Positions 50,728-60,275 of a DNA stretch of 64,000 nucleotides are shown here, in pieces. The notes below the pieces were generated by a model. It was not told the origin of the DNA. It worked only from the letters and a program-made list of their open reading frames with translations, and did not search any database. The DNA is from an uncultured delta proteobacterium. GTDB lineage: Bacteria > Desulfobacterota > Binatia > UBA9968. The position numbers and the translations under genes were made by a program. Numbering within the stretch: the first letter of the stretch is position 1; each line of letters opens with the position of its first letter. Location: the NCBI GenBank assembly GCA_963804165.1, contig CAWDPO010000011.1, positions 32,001 to 96,000 of the forward strand. Direction: 5' to 3'.

Positions 50728-51802
50728 ATGAGTCGAATCGTTCAATATATTTTCGGGTGCTTTACTTTTTTGATTTTCCTCTTTACGGGCGTGTCGCCGT
50801 CGGTTTTCGCAGCGACCATCGCCGAAGTCGCGGCCAAAGTAAAATCGCTCAAGCCGCAAGAACAGACTCAACTATCTTTTCAAGGGCGCGCAGGCCGAAG
50901 GAGAATTGGTTTACTACGGCACGCTGCCGATCGACGAGTTTTTGCCGCTCGCGCGCGTTTTCAACTCTCGCTATCGGTCGATTGCGCTGCAGCATTACTT
51001 TTCACCGCGCGATGGCATACTCAGCCGCACTTTGACCGAGGCGCGGGCGGGACGCCACGCGGTCGATGTGATTCAGGTCGACCTGAGTTACGGTTATCAA
51101 TTGCTGACCGCCAATCTGGTACAGCCCTATGCGGTCCCCGGTGCGAAACGTTTTTACGAGGGCACTTACGATCCGGAGGGTTACTGGCACAGCATGTACT
51201 ATTTGACCACAGCGCTGATTTACAACACCAACGCCGTCAAGCCGGAACAGGCGCCGAAAAGCTATGACGAGCTACTTAGCTCCGCTTGGAAAGGCAAGAT
51301 GCTATTCGATCCGGAGGCGGGCTATATTCTGGCGGCTCTGGAAGAAAGCTGGGGGCGAGAAAAGGCAGTCGCTTACTTGTCGAAGCTTGCCAAACAAGAC
51401 TTGAGCTATCGACGCGGCGGCACACTGACGACACAAGTGGTGACCTCGGGCGAATATCCTCTCGGCATCGCGATCAACGGTGAAACTTCGGCGGCGATTC
51501 GCGAGAAGGGAGCTCCGCTGGGATTCAAAGTGCTGGCACCGACCATCGTCAAACCTGAAGGGCTGTTCTCGGCGAAGAACGCGCCCCATCCGCACGCCGC
51601 TTTGCTCTTTGTCGATTGGGTGCTCTCGGATGAAGCTCAGTCTTTTCTGGCGACGACGTTGGGCAAAGGCAGCGCGATGAAAGGGGTGCGCAGCAAGTTT
51701 AAGGATTTTCAAGTCAAGCCGGACTTCGTCGTGAGCCCCAAGCTCGGCGCCAATCTGCAAAACTATATTCAGGACTTCCGCAAGATTATGGGGGCGCCTT
51801 AA
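50728..51802 (+). CDS. ABC substrate-binding protein (AfuA/SBP_bac_6-like), frameshifted near 50880
   Basis: Signal peptide in frame 50695; YNT..V..P.SYDELL..WKGK, APHPHAA.LF.DW.LS. Confidence 0.82.
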
Positions 51803-51810
51803 TTTATCGG

Positions 51811-51924
51811 ATTCAAATAGTTCAAGCCGTTCAAAACGTTCCAACCCCCTTCTTCATCCTCCCCCGCGTCGCGGGGGAGGAAAGAGGTGGGGGAGTTGAA
51901 CTTCTGAACGATTGGAACTTTGAA
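51811..51924. repeat. Inverted 9-bp arrays enclosing a CCCTCCCC-type palindrome
   Basis: ATTCAAATA GTTCAAGCC GTTCAAAAC GTTCCAACC [cctcccccgcgtcgcgggggagg] gttgaac..tgaac..ggaac. Confidence 0.75.
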
Positions 51925-51932
51925 AAGGGATC

Positions 51933-53240
51933 ATGAAACTCGAATTAGCTGAATTTCCGGTAAGCAAAATTCGTCTGGGGCATCGTTTCCGCTACGACAA
52001 CGAAATCCTCGATGTCGACGAGGACGGGTTGATCGCCCTGGTGCTCGAGGATTCGCGAATCACGAATGCGACGCTCGCCGTGGCGGCGCCGGGTGAAAAG
52101 ACGCGCATCACCGGGATACGAGATATCGTCGAGCCGAGATGCAAAGTATCGGGCAGCGGGCAGGTTTTCCCCGGCATATTGGGTCCCGTCGAGAATGTCG
52201 GCGATGGACGAACCCATCGTCTTTCGGGCATGACCGTCATTGCCGCTGCGGAGTACGAAGGCACGATCCGGGCGGGAACGACAGTACAGCGAAGCGCGAT
52301 CCTCGACATGTCGGGGCCCGGCGCGGAAGTTTCCCGGTTCAGCTCGTACTTGCATTTGGTGTTGAGCTTTAAAATCGCTCCGGGCCTCGGTGAACTGGAC
52401 GCCCACAGCGCGATTCAATTAGCTGAGTATAAAGTCGCCCAGCGGCTGGCCCAGGGCACCGAAGGATTGTCGCCGGGAAGGATTGTCGTCTACGATCTCA
52501 GCGGGAAAGATCCGCAGCTCCCCAATGTGATGCTGATACAAGGGTGCATCACCGATCCGCAGCATGTTCATTCGGGCATCGGTTACTATGGGCTCTCGCT
52601 GCGCAATTCCATGGCCACGTTTGTCCATCCCAACGAGCTTTTTGACGGCGCGGTAACGGTGGATACGACGCGCTCGGGACGCGGCTACTATCCGACGACT
52701 TGGGACTGGCAGAACCATCCGTTGATTCTGGAGTTGTATGCGGCGCATGGCAAAAGCTTGAACTTCGGCGGGGTCATCATGCAGCGCATTCGCTTCGAGA
52801 CCCATCACGGCAAAGAAGTCGGCGCGCAGAACGCGGCGCGCTTGGCCAAAGCCATGGGCGCTGACGGCGCGCTGGTGACCTGGATCGGCGGCGGCAATGC
52901 ATTTGTCGACGTGATGCTGACCGTGCGCGCCTGCGAGCGCAACGGCATCAAAACGACGCTGGTGACCTATGAAAACGGCGGCAAGGAAGGCAAAGATAGC
53001 CCGGTGCTGTTCTATCTTCCCCAGGCCGACGCGGTGGTGAGCACGGGCAGTCTCGATAAAACGTTGGAATTACCGGCGATGGACCGAGTGGTCGGTCCCT
53101 ATGAACGGATCAAAATTTTTCCTTATCCCGGCGCCGCGACAGTGCCCGCAAGTGATGCGTTGTCGCTGGAAGCGCGAGACGTCATGATGGGCGGCGCGGA
53201 TATCTGGGGACAAGGACAATTTAGATGCGCGGAGTACTAA
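51933..53240 (+). CDS. Glycine/sarcosine/betaine reductase component B alpha/beta-like subunit (GrdE/GrdI-like)
   Basis: MKLEL, PGEKTRI..DIVEPR.K, G.GRTH.L, LDMSGPG, HPNELFDGA, QNHP, GADG, ADAVVSTG. Confidence 0.88.
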   Translation: MKLELAEFPVSKIRLGHRFRYDNEILDVDEDGLIALVLEDSRITNATLAVAAPGEKTRITGIRDIVEPRCKVSGSGQVFPGILGPVENVGDGRTHRLSGMTVIAAAEYEGTIRAGTTVQRSAILDMSGPGAEVSRFSSYLHLVLSFKIAPGLGELDAHSAIQLAEYKVAQRLAQGTEGLSPGRIVVYDLSGKDPQLPNVMLIQGCITDPQHVHSGIGYYGLSLRNSMATFVHPNELFDGAVTVDTTRSGRGYYPTTWDWQNHPLILELYAAHGKSLNFGGVIMQRIRFETHHGKEVGAQNAARLAKAMGADGALVTWIGGGNAFVDVMLTVRACERNGIKTTLVTYENGGKEGKDSPVLFYLPQADAVVSTGSLDKTLELPAMDRVVGPYERIKIFPYPGAATVPASDALSLEARDVMMGGADIWGQGQFRCAEY

Positions 53241-53250
53241 TTTTATAGGT

Positions 53251-53330
53251 GTTCAAAACGTTCAAGCCGTTCAAGCGCTTCGCTCCGTTCAAGACGTTTT
53301 GAACGAATTGAACGGCTTGAACGTTTGAAC
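53251..53330. repeat. Inverted 9-bp array pair between the grdE-like and grdB-like genes
   Basis: GTTCAAAAC GTTCAAGCC GTTCAAGC gcttcgctcc GTTCAAGAC | GTTTTGAAC GAATTGAAC GGCTTGAAC GTTTGAAC. Confidence 0.8.
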
Positions 53331-53345
53331 GCAGGAGTTTAATCC

Positions 53346-54686
53346 ATGATCAAGATCGCTCATGTCGTCAATCAATTTTTTGCCGGCCTCGGCGGTGAAG
53401 AAAAAGCCGATCTGCCCGTGGGCGTGCTCGAAGGCAGCGCCGGCGCCGCGCGGGCTTTGGAGTTGAAGCTCAACGGAGAAGCAGAGATCGCTTGCACGAT
53501 TTATGTCGGCGACAATTACTTCCATGAGCACAAGGACGAAGCGATTCCGGCGATATTGAATGCAGTGCGGGCAGCGGATCTGCAGATTGTTGTTGCTGGG
53601 CCGGCTTTCAATTCCGGGCGGTACGGTATGACTTGCGTCGAGGTCTGCAATGCGGTTGCCAACGAACTGGCAATTCCTTGCGTGACCGCCATGCACGAAG
53701 AGAATCCGGGCGTCGATGCGTATCGCGAGTTCAGCAATGCTCGGTTGTATTGCTTGCCGACGGCGGAGACGATAGCGGGAATGAATGATGCGCTGACGCG
53801 CTTGGCCGTGTTTGCGATTCGTCTCGCGTGCGCTGAGCAAATCGGTTCGGCAAGCAAGGAAGGCTACATTGGCCGCGGTATTCGACGCATCGAGAAAATC
53901 GATCAGCGTGGCGCGACACGCGCCCTCGACATGCTGCTCAAAAAACTAAAAGACCAGCCGTTTGAAAGCGAACTGCCGATGGAAGTTTGGGATGATGCCG
54001 TGGCTGCGGCGCCGCTGGCGCGGGTCAAGGACAGCAATATCGCCGTGGTGACAACGAGCGGCGTTGTCCCGTTCGGCAATCCGGATAAATTCAAGACCTA
54101 CCGCAATACCTACTGGCGCAAATACAATATCGCCGAGCTCAAAGAGCTCGAAGCGGGAAAATGGGAGGCGGTTCATGGCGGCTACAACGTCGCTTATATG
54201 AATCAGAACCCGCACTACGGCGTACCGCTCGACGCACTGCGCGCGCTGGAAGCGGAAGGAGCGATCGGCGCGGGTAAACTTTATCCCGCCTATTATGTCA
54301 TCCCGGGAAACCAGGGTTCGCCCACGGTCATGCGCCGCATGGGTCAAGAAATTGCCGCGGACTTGAAAAGAGACGGCGTCGAAGGAGTTCTTTTTGTCGC
54401 CACGTGAGGGACCTGCAGTCGCAGCGGCGCTGTGATGAGCAAGGAACTTGAGAGGGCGGGATTGCCGGTGGCGTTAATCAGCGCGATGTTTCCCGTGGCG
54501 CAGCAGGTGCGCGCCAACCGCATCATCAAAGGCGTCAGTATCCCACATCCATGCGGTGATCCGAATTTGTCCAAAGAGCTAGATGCGCGCCTGCGCAAAG
54601 AAATTATCCAAACCGCGCTTAAAGCTCTCGAATCAAAGGTTGAAGGGCCGACAGTGTTTTCTCCGCCAGTGGCTATAGGCGGGTAA
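53346..54686 (+). CDS. GrdB/GrdH-like selenoprotein B with Sec at TGA 54405-54407
   Basis: NQFFAGLGGEEKA, AGPAFNSGRYG, MHEENPG, HGGY; TGA then GTCSRSGAVMSKELERAGLPV..IPHPCGDP to TAA 54686. Confidence 0.9.
54408..54434 (+). promoter_or_regulatory. Putative bacterial SECIS element
   Basis: 12 nt after UGA: stem CGCAGC / loop GGC / GCTGTG (one G-U pair); same geometry as 21590-21616. Confidence 0.75.
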
Positions 54687-54947
54687 AATAATTGGCGGTT
54701 TTAATCCGTATGGGAAAATCCGATCAGCAGAACGGCGAGTTGGATCGAACAAGTTATTGCGGATTTGCAGAATCAGAGTGAAGTCATGCCGGCGTTTCGG
54801 CGATGAGGCAGATGGCCGAGTGCGCAGCTGCAGATGATCCTTTGTTTCACCAAAGTCGACGTGCCGTTTAATGCCGTTGACGACAACTTGGGTGGTCTGT
54901 TATGTCGGATTTCGATAACGCAGGCGTTCTAACAGAAGGGAGAAGTT

Positions 54948-55751
54948 ATGTCGGCTAAAATTAGACATCTCGCTCTGTATACCGAGAATCAAGAAGGAAT
55001 GGCGAATTTCTACAAAACCGTATTCGGCATGAAACGAATCACAGAGAGCTTTAACCAACCCAATCACGGGCATATCAGCGATGGCGTGATCGGTCTCGCG
55101 GTTTTGCGAAGGCGCCCCGGTTTTCACTCCGCCCTGGATCACTTCGGCTTCGAGGTGGACGACGTCGGCGTCATTCTTGAAAAACTCAAGGAGAAATATC
55201 CAAAAGTTTTGGTCACCAAAGGTCTGGAGCAAGTTGCCTTTGCGGTCTTCAGAAGTCATGATCCGGCGGGAACGCAATTCGATATTTCATGGAAGCAACA
55301 TCCGAAAGTGCAGGAAGGCTACAAGAGCGACGGCTGGAAGCAGCCGCGGCAGATCAATCATATCGCGATGCGATCTGCGGAGCCTGAACGCGTTGCCGAA
55401 TTTTATCATGAGGTATTCGATCTCAAGGAAGGGAAAAATTTCTACGATGAAGACGCGCTCAGCGTGACCGACGGCACGGTCGATCTCGTGATCCGACGCA
55501 CGAGCAATCACTCCTATATGAGCATGCGGGAAGGCATCGACCACTTCGGCTACGCAGTGGAGAGCATCGAAGAGGTCAAGAAAGACCTCGATGAATTCGG
55601 CCGCGCCAATCCCGGCTCCGCGCCGAAAGAATTAGCCGGTGGCGTATTCGGACATATCACACAAGAAGACATCGACGGCTGCAAGATCGGCGAATACGCA
55701 ATCGCCGACCCGGACGGCCTGCTCTTGGATCTTTCGACGCGTCCCGCGTAG
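54948..55751 (+). CDS. VOC/glyoxalase family protein (two domains)
   Basis: IRHLAL..FY..VFG..DHFGF..DP.G repeated twice. Confidence 0.85.
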   Translation: MSAKIRHLALYTENQEGMANFYKTVFGMKRITESFNQPNHGHISDGVIGLAVLRRRPGFHSALDHFGFEVDDVGVILEKLKEKYPKVLVTKGLEQVAFAVFRSHDPAGTQFDISWKQHPKVQEGYKSDGWKQPRQINHIAMRSAEPERVAEFYHEVFDLKEGKNFYDEDALSVTDGTVDLVIRRTSNHSYMSMREGIDHFGYAVESIEEVKKDLDEFGRANPGSAPKELAGGVFGHITQEDIDGCKIGEYAIADPDGLLLDLSTRPA

Positions 55752-55830
55752 TCTAAACTGGACCGTGCGCACAGCACGGTCCAATTGGAACGGATCGAGC
55801 CTTTAGAATTGCATCGAAACGGCGGCACCC

Positions 55831-56793
55831 ATGCGCAACGCCAAACATATTATCTGTTGCTTCATCGTGGTTGTTGTTTTTCTTGGCAACCACGACGGCG
55901 GCCTCGCCCAAACGTTGACACCTATCCACATTGGCGTTTCAACCAACTCAGCAACTTGGTTTCCACTCTATGTAGCATGGAAGAAAGGGCTGTTCCGCGA
56001 GCAGGGTCTCGAGTTGTTGCCCGTCTATATGCAAGCGCGCACGTCTCTGGCGGCTCTGGCGTCAAAGCAGATCGGCTACATAACCCAGACGGGCTCTTCA
56101 CTCACGGCGATCGCGCGTGGCTTGCCGGCGCGACTCGTTATGGTATTTACCGACAAAACTCATCATGTTCTGGTCGTCAAACCTGAGATAACTTCTCCGG
56201 CGCAGCTACGCGGCCGCGTGGTGGCCATCAGCCAGCCAGGAGGGACAATCCATCGCGAATTGCTGATGATCCTGGAGAAGTTCAAAATTGATCCGAACGA
56301 AGTAAGGACTGCCAGTTTAGGAGACGCGCGAACCAGCCTGGCGGGCCTCAAGGCGGGCAATGTCGACGGCGCGATGTTGATGACTCCTCTTGAATTGTAC
56401 CTCGAGAAGGATGGCTTCAGGCCGCTGGTATATCTCAAAGACATTTTGGAATTCCCTCTCCTCGGTATTATCGTTAACAACGACTTGCTCCGCGAAAAAC
56501 CCGATCAAGTAAAGAGAGTTCTTGCCGGCGCTCTCAAGGGAATTGCCTTTACTAAATCGCGTCGGGACGAGGTGGTTCCGCTGCTGAAAGATTTCATTGG
56601 CCTAGAGAGTCTAGAGATGGCGCAAAAGGCCTATGACAGATTGAGAGACATCTGGCCTGACAACGGACTGCCAACCGAGAAGGGCCTAAGAAACGTTGCG
56701 AGCATGGCGGAAGTTCCTTCTGGCGTCCCTATGGAAAAAATCGTCGACTGGTCGCTTATCAAAGAAATATCGTCATCCCCCAAAGCAAAATAG
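55831..56793 (+). CDS. NitT/TauT ABC substrate-binding protein
   Basis: LYVA..KGLF..QGL, LRGR.VAIS, VDGA. Confidence 0.85.
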   Translation: MRNAKHIICCFIVVVVFLGNHDGGLAQTLTPIHIGVSTNSATWFPLYVAWKKGLFREQGLELLPVYMQARTSLAALASKQIGYITQTGSSLTAIARGLPARLVMVFTDKTHHVLVVKPEITSPAQLRGRVVAISQPGGTIHRELLMILEKFKIDPNEVRTASLGDARTSLAGLKAGNVDGAMLMTPLELYLEKDGFRPLVYLKDILEFPLLGIIVNNDLLREKPDQVKRVLAGALKGIAFTKSRRDEVVPLLKDFIGLESLEMAQKAYDRLRDIWPDNGLPTEKGLRNVASMAEVPSGVPMEKIVDWSLIKEISSSPKAK

Positions 56794-56973
56794 CGCGAGC
56801 CGCATCAATGGTGGTTTGATCCCACAGTTGTCTTTTGTAATTCCAAAAATCCAATCGACGTTCGGCAAGAGTGACCCCTTAAAGGGTCGAGCCTGCAGCG
56901 GAATGCCTTCGATCTAGAATCGCTGGCATAAGAGCCGGCTTGAATTTCGCGGCGGGAGTGTTAATTCCCAGGG

Positions 56974-57825
56974 ATGCATTATAAAGCCGGACTCATCGCA
57001 CTATCCCTGCTGTTTCTGTCTGCTTGCAACAGCGTTCGAGTAGTTCCCCATGAGCAGGTAGGCGCGCTCGAAGCTGAGCAAACCGTTCGTTTCTTTTACC
57101 CGAGCGCGCGGGCAAACATCGAAGCTTATGTCACCCGGCCGCGCGGCGCGGGTCCGTTTCCTTTGGTCATTCTGCTCCATGGTCATAGCATCAGAGGTCG
57201 AGGCGCCGAACAGGTTCTGTCAACCGCGGAAGCTCTTGCAAGTGAGCTTTGTTTCGCGAGCGTGGCGATCTCGCTGCCGGGTTACGGTTCGACGGAAGTC
57301 GCCGAGGGATCGGTGGAGGAAATCACTCGCCAGGCTGTGAAAGACGGTCTCGCGTTCGCCAAGCAACTCAGTTGGGTCGATAAACGTCGCTTATTTTTTT
57401 ACGGAGTTTCGCGCGGGGCGATTGTCGCAGCCGCGATGTTAAACGATCTGGAAGACGTGAGCGGGGCGGTACTTTACTCCGGCGCGTATGATCTCGACAA
57501 GCTCTACCGGGAGACGCCGAGCTTCTGGGTGCGGCAGATACTCAACCCGAACCATGACGCCAATCCCAAGCTGTTCAGCCTTCTTGGTCAGGGATCGAGA
57601 TGGCGCGCGCCAACGCTAATCCTCCATGGCGAGCAGGATAAGTTAATACCTGTGAGCCAAGCCTTTGCGCTGCGGGATTGGCTCGACGCGGGCGGAACCG
57701 ATCACCGCCTCGTCCTGTACCCGGATCACGGCCATTTCCTGCCGAGGGCAAATGTTAGAGAACGAACCCTAGGTTTCCTTAAAGAAATTACCGCTTCGGC
57801 ATGCCCTGCTGTCAGAAATCCGTAG
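56974..57825 (+). CDS. Alpha/beta hydrolase (S9-like) lipoprotein
   Basis: Lipobox LSAC, GVSRG, LHGEQD, YP..GH. Confidence 0.85.
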   Translation: MHYKAGLIALSLLFLSACNSVRVVPHEQVGALEAEQTVRFFYPSARANIEAYVTRPRGAGPFPLVILLHGHSIRGRGAEQVLSTAEALASELCFASVAISLPGYGSTEVAEGSVEEITRQAVKDGLAFAKQLSWVDKRRLFFYGVSRGAIVAAAMLNDLEDVSGAVLYSGAYDLDKLYRETPSFWVRQILNPNHDANPKLFSLLGQGSRWRAPTLILHGEQDKLIPVSQAFALRDWLDAGGTDHRLVLYPDHGHFLPRANVRERTLGFLKEITASACPAVRNP

Positions 57826-58025
57826 TTGCTCGGACGCTCGTTGGTCGCTGGTATACTTCACGCCGTGCGGTTCCCGCATTCCTCCCTTTGCAAAGGGAGC
57901 CAGGAGGGATTTTTAGAGTTCCACAGAGGGATCAAATTCCCCTTGATTCCCTTTTGAAAAAAAGGAGGACGCCAGCCATTATCTGTGGCAGAATTCTCCA
58001 GCCAACTTTCAGGTCAGGACACTGG
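57802..58025. mobile_element. Degenerate MITE family 1 copy
   Basis: Right end aactttcaggtcaggacactgg; internal CCCTTT/AAAGGG palindromes; left end uncertain. Confidence 0.45.
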
Positions 58026-58106
58026 CCTAGCGTCTCTGAATAGCGTCCGCGCATTGTTTGAGCATTAGTTTGCCCTGGCGAATGGACTAATCGAGCTGAC
58101 TTAAGA

Positions 58107-60004
58107 TCAAGTTCCGATCACGTCGGCTTTGGTTATCGCTACGACGCTCGGTTTGGGGAAATCGCCATCGGGCCACCGGCTCGTGAGAGCAGCGGCATCG
58201 AGGCTCTTACTGCCTTCGCCCGGATGTTGAATGGCCGCGAACAGCGAGCGGTCATCCGGCGTCATCGCGAGACTCGCGACTTCGGCGCCAACGACACCGC
58301 TCAGGAATTGCCGGACGTAGCCGCGGTCCGGACCCTGCACCGGCACCGCATAGATGCCGTCGTTTTTCTTCAAAGAACCCGGCTGGCCGTCGGTGGCGAT
58401 CCAGAGATTCCCCTTGCGATCGAAGACGATGTTGTCGGGGCAGGAAAGCGCGCTCACTTTGGTCTTGTCGCAGCCGGCGAAGTAGCTGTTGTGTTCGTCC
58501 TTCGCCGGGTCACCGCAGCGCATAAAAATGTCCCATTTGAATTCCCTTGCGGTGTGATTGTTATTCTCTTCGGTGATTTCGATGAGGTGACCGTGGGCAT
58601 TTTTCGCCACCGCGTTCGCCGGATCGGTACCGGGCTGTCCCGCGGTTCCGCGCAGACTGTTATTCGTACACACAACGAAGACTTTTCCTGTGACAGGATT
58701 CGCTTCGATGTCCTCGGGCCGGTCCATTTTGGTCGCGCCGACAAGGTCGGCGGCGCCGCGCGTGTTGATCAACACATGGCCGGTGTCCAATCTGCCAATG
58801 GGCCTTGTCCGGCCGAGAGCGGAATCCATCGACCCACGCCGTTGCCGGAGTCGTCTACGTCAAACTTGGCGACGTACAACGTGCCTTCGTCGAGTAACGA
58901 AAGGTTGTCCTCGCGTCGCTGGCTCATGCGCTTCTGGCTGATAAATTTATAAACGTAATCGAAGCGCTCGTCGTCGCCGGTGTACACGACGACCCGTCGG
59001 TCGGGCGCGACGACGACCGTCGCCGCCTCGTGTTTGAGCCGTCCCAGTGCCGTGCGTTTGCGCGGCGTAAACTTCGGATTAAAGGGATCGATTTCGACGA
59101 CCCAGCCGAAGCGGAAGGGTTCATTCGGGTCTTTGGCAAGATCGAAGCGAGAGTGAAAGGTTTCCCAGCGCCGCTCGCTGTTGCCCGCTGGAAGACCGTA
59201 ACGTGCGTGAACGGCTTTGCGCGGGTCGGAATCCGGCAAACTGTTGCGATTGGCGAAGTACTGATTGAAATTCTCCTCCGCGGTCAAAAGCGTACCCCAG
59301 GGTGTCACGCCACCGCCGCAATTGTTCAGCGTGCCGCGAACTTTCTTTCCGGTCGAATCGTAGGTCGATTTAAGCAGCGCGTGCCCGGCGGCCGCACCAT
59401 GAATCGTCATCTCACTTTCGCCGGTGAGTCGGCGGTTATAGCGCGAGTTGCGCACCCATTGCCATTTTCCGCCGATGAATTCAACTTCGACGAACGCCAA
59501 ACCGTGCGCGGCGAGCTGAACGTCCACTTGGTTCTTCGTCGGCGACTTGGAATTGTAGTCGGCGAACATCAATTCCGGGTTGGTGTATTCGTGATTCGCC
59601 GCGAGAATACCGCGCTTTGCCGAATTCGCAGAGCCCAACGGAAAGAAATGCACGAAGTCGCAATTGTAACCGAACTGCACTGCCTGCGCGGCCGCGGATT
59701 GATTATTGATATCGAATGCCGGCGCGCCGGGCATGATCGGATCGCCCCAGCGGAGCAAGACATCGGCGCTATAACCCGGCGGCACGCGGACTTGGTCTTC
59801 ATTGTTTAGACCTATCGGTTGGAAGCGGATTTGGTCGATCTCGGCGGCGGCGCCGGTTCGTGCATCGAAAACTGAGGCGGATAATCCTGCTACGGATACC
59901 GCCAGCGCGCCCTTGAGGAATGTCCGGCGCGCTATTTTGCGATCGACGATTTCGTGAAAGGTGTCGTTTCCATTTTTACACGTTCCTTCAGTGCTCATGG
60001 GCAT
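58107..60004 (-). CDS. phoX: PhoX alkaline phosphatase (Tat-exported), frameshifted near 58775
   Basis: RRTFLKG Tat motif, GYNCD, NHEY, NNCGGG.TPWGT.LT.EEN, GR.KHE, DRPED, PDN, TDG, IQHPG. Confidence 0.92.
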
Positions 60005-60060
60005 CTCCTTTGATCAGAAGTGTCTTAGCCCATCAGCCTGCGCGAGCTGTGTTGTGCTGG

Positions 60061-60110
60061 GATTACGCGACGGTTAGCCGACCGTGAACCTTCGATTACA
60101 AAAAGATGAA
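60061..60110 (-). promoter_or_regulatory. 11-bp-phased Pho-box-like array upstream of phoX
   Basis: Minus strand TTCATC, GTAATC, TTCACG, CTAACC, GTAATC at exact 11-bp spacing. Confidence 0.55.
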
Positions 60111-60275
60111 CAATGGGTTTGCGGCGAATTGTTGCTCTGGTCGGAAGAAGGGTTTACACGATCGTTGTCGATCCGGAGCGGCGGTTGGAAACGAAATTCA
60201 GCGATTTTTAACGCGGTAGGATATTTCTAAGTACGGCTCGAGAATGATTCTCGTACAGGGTGAGAAGTCCGCTGA

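Noticed and set aside
53251-53330. 9-bp arrays as a CRISPR array
   Set aside because: Units are contiguous 9-mers with no 25-45-nt unique spacers, and no cas genes are in the window
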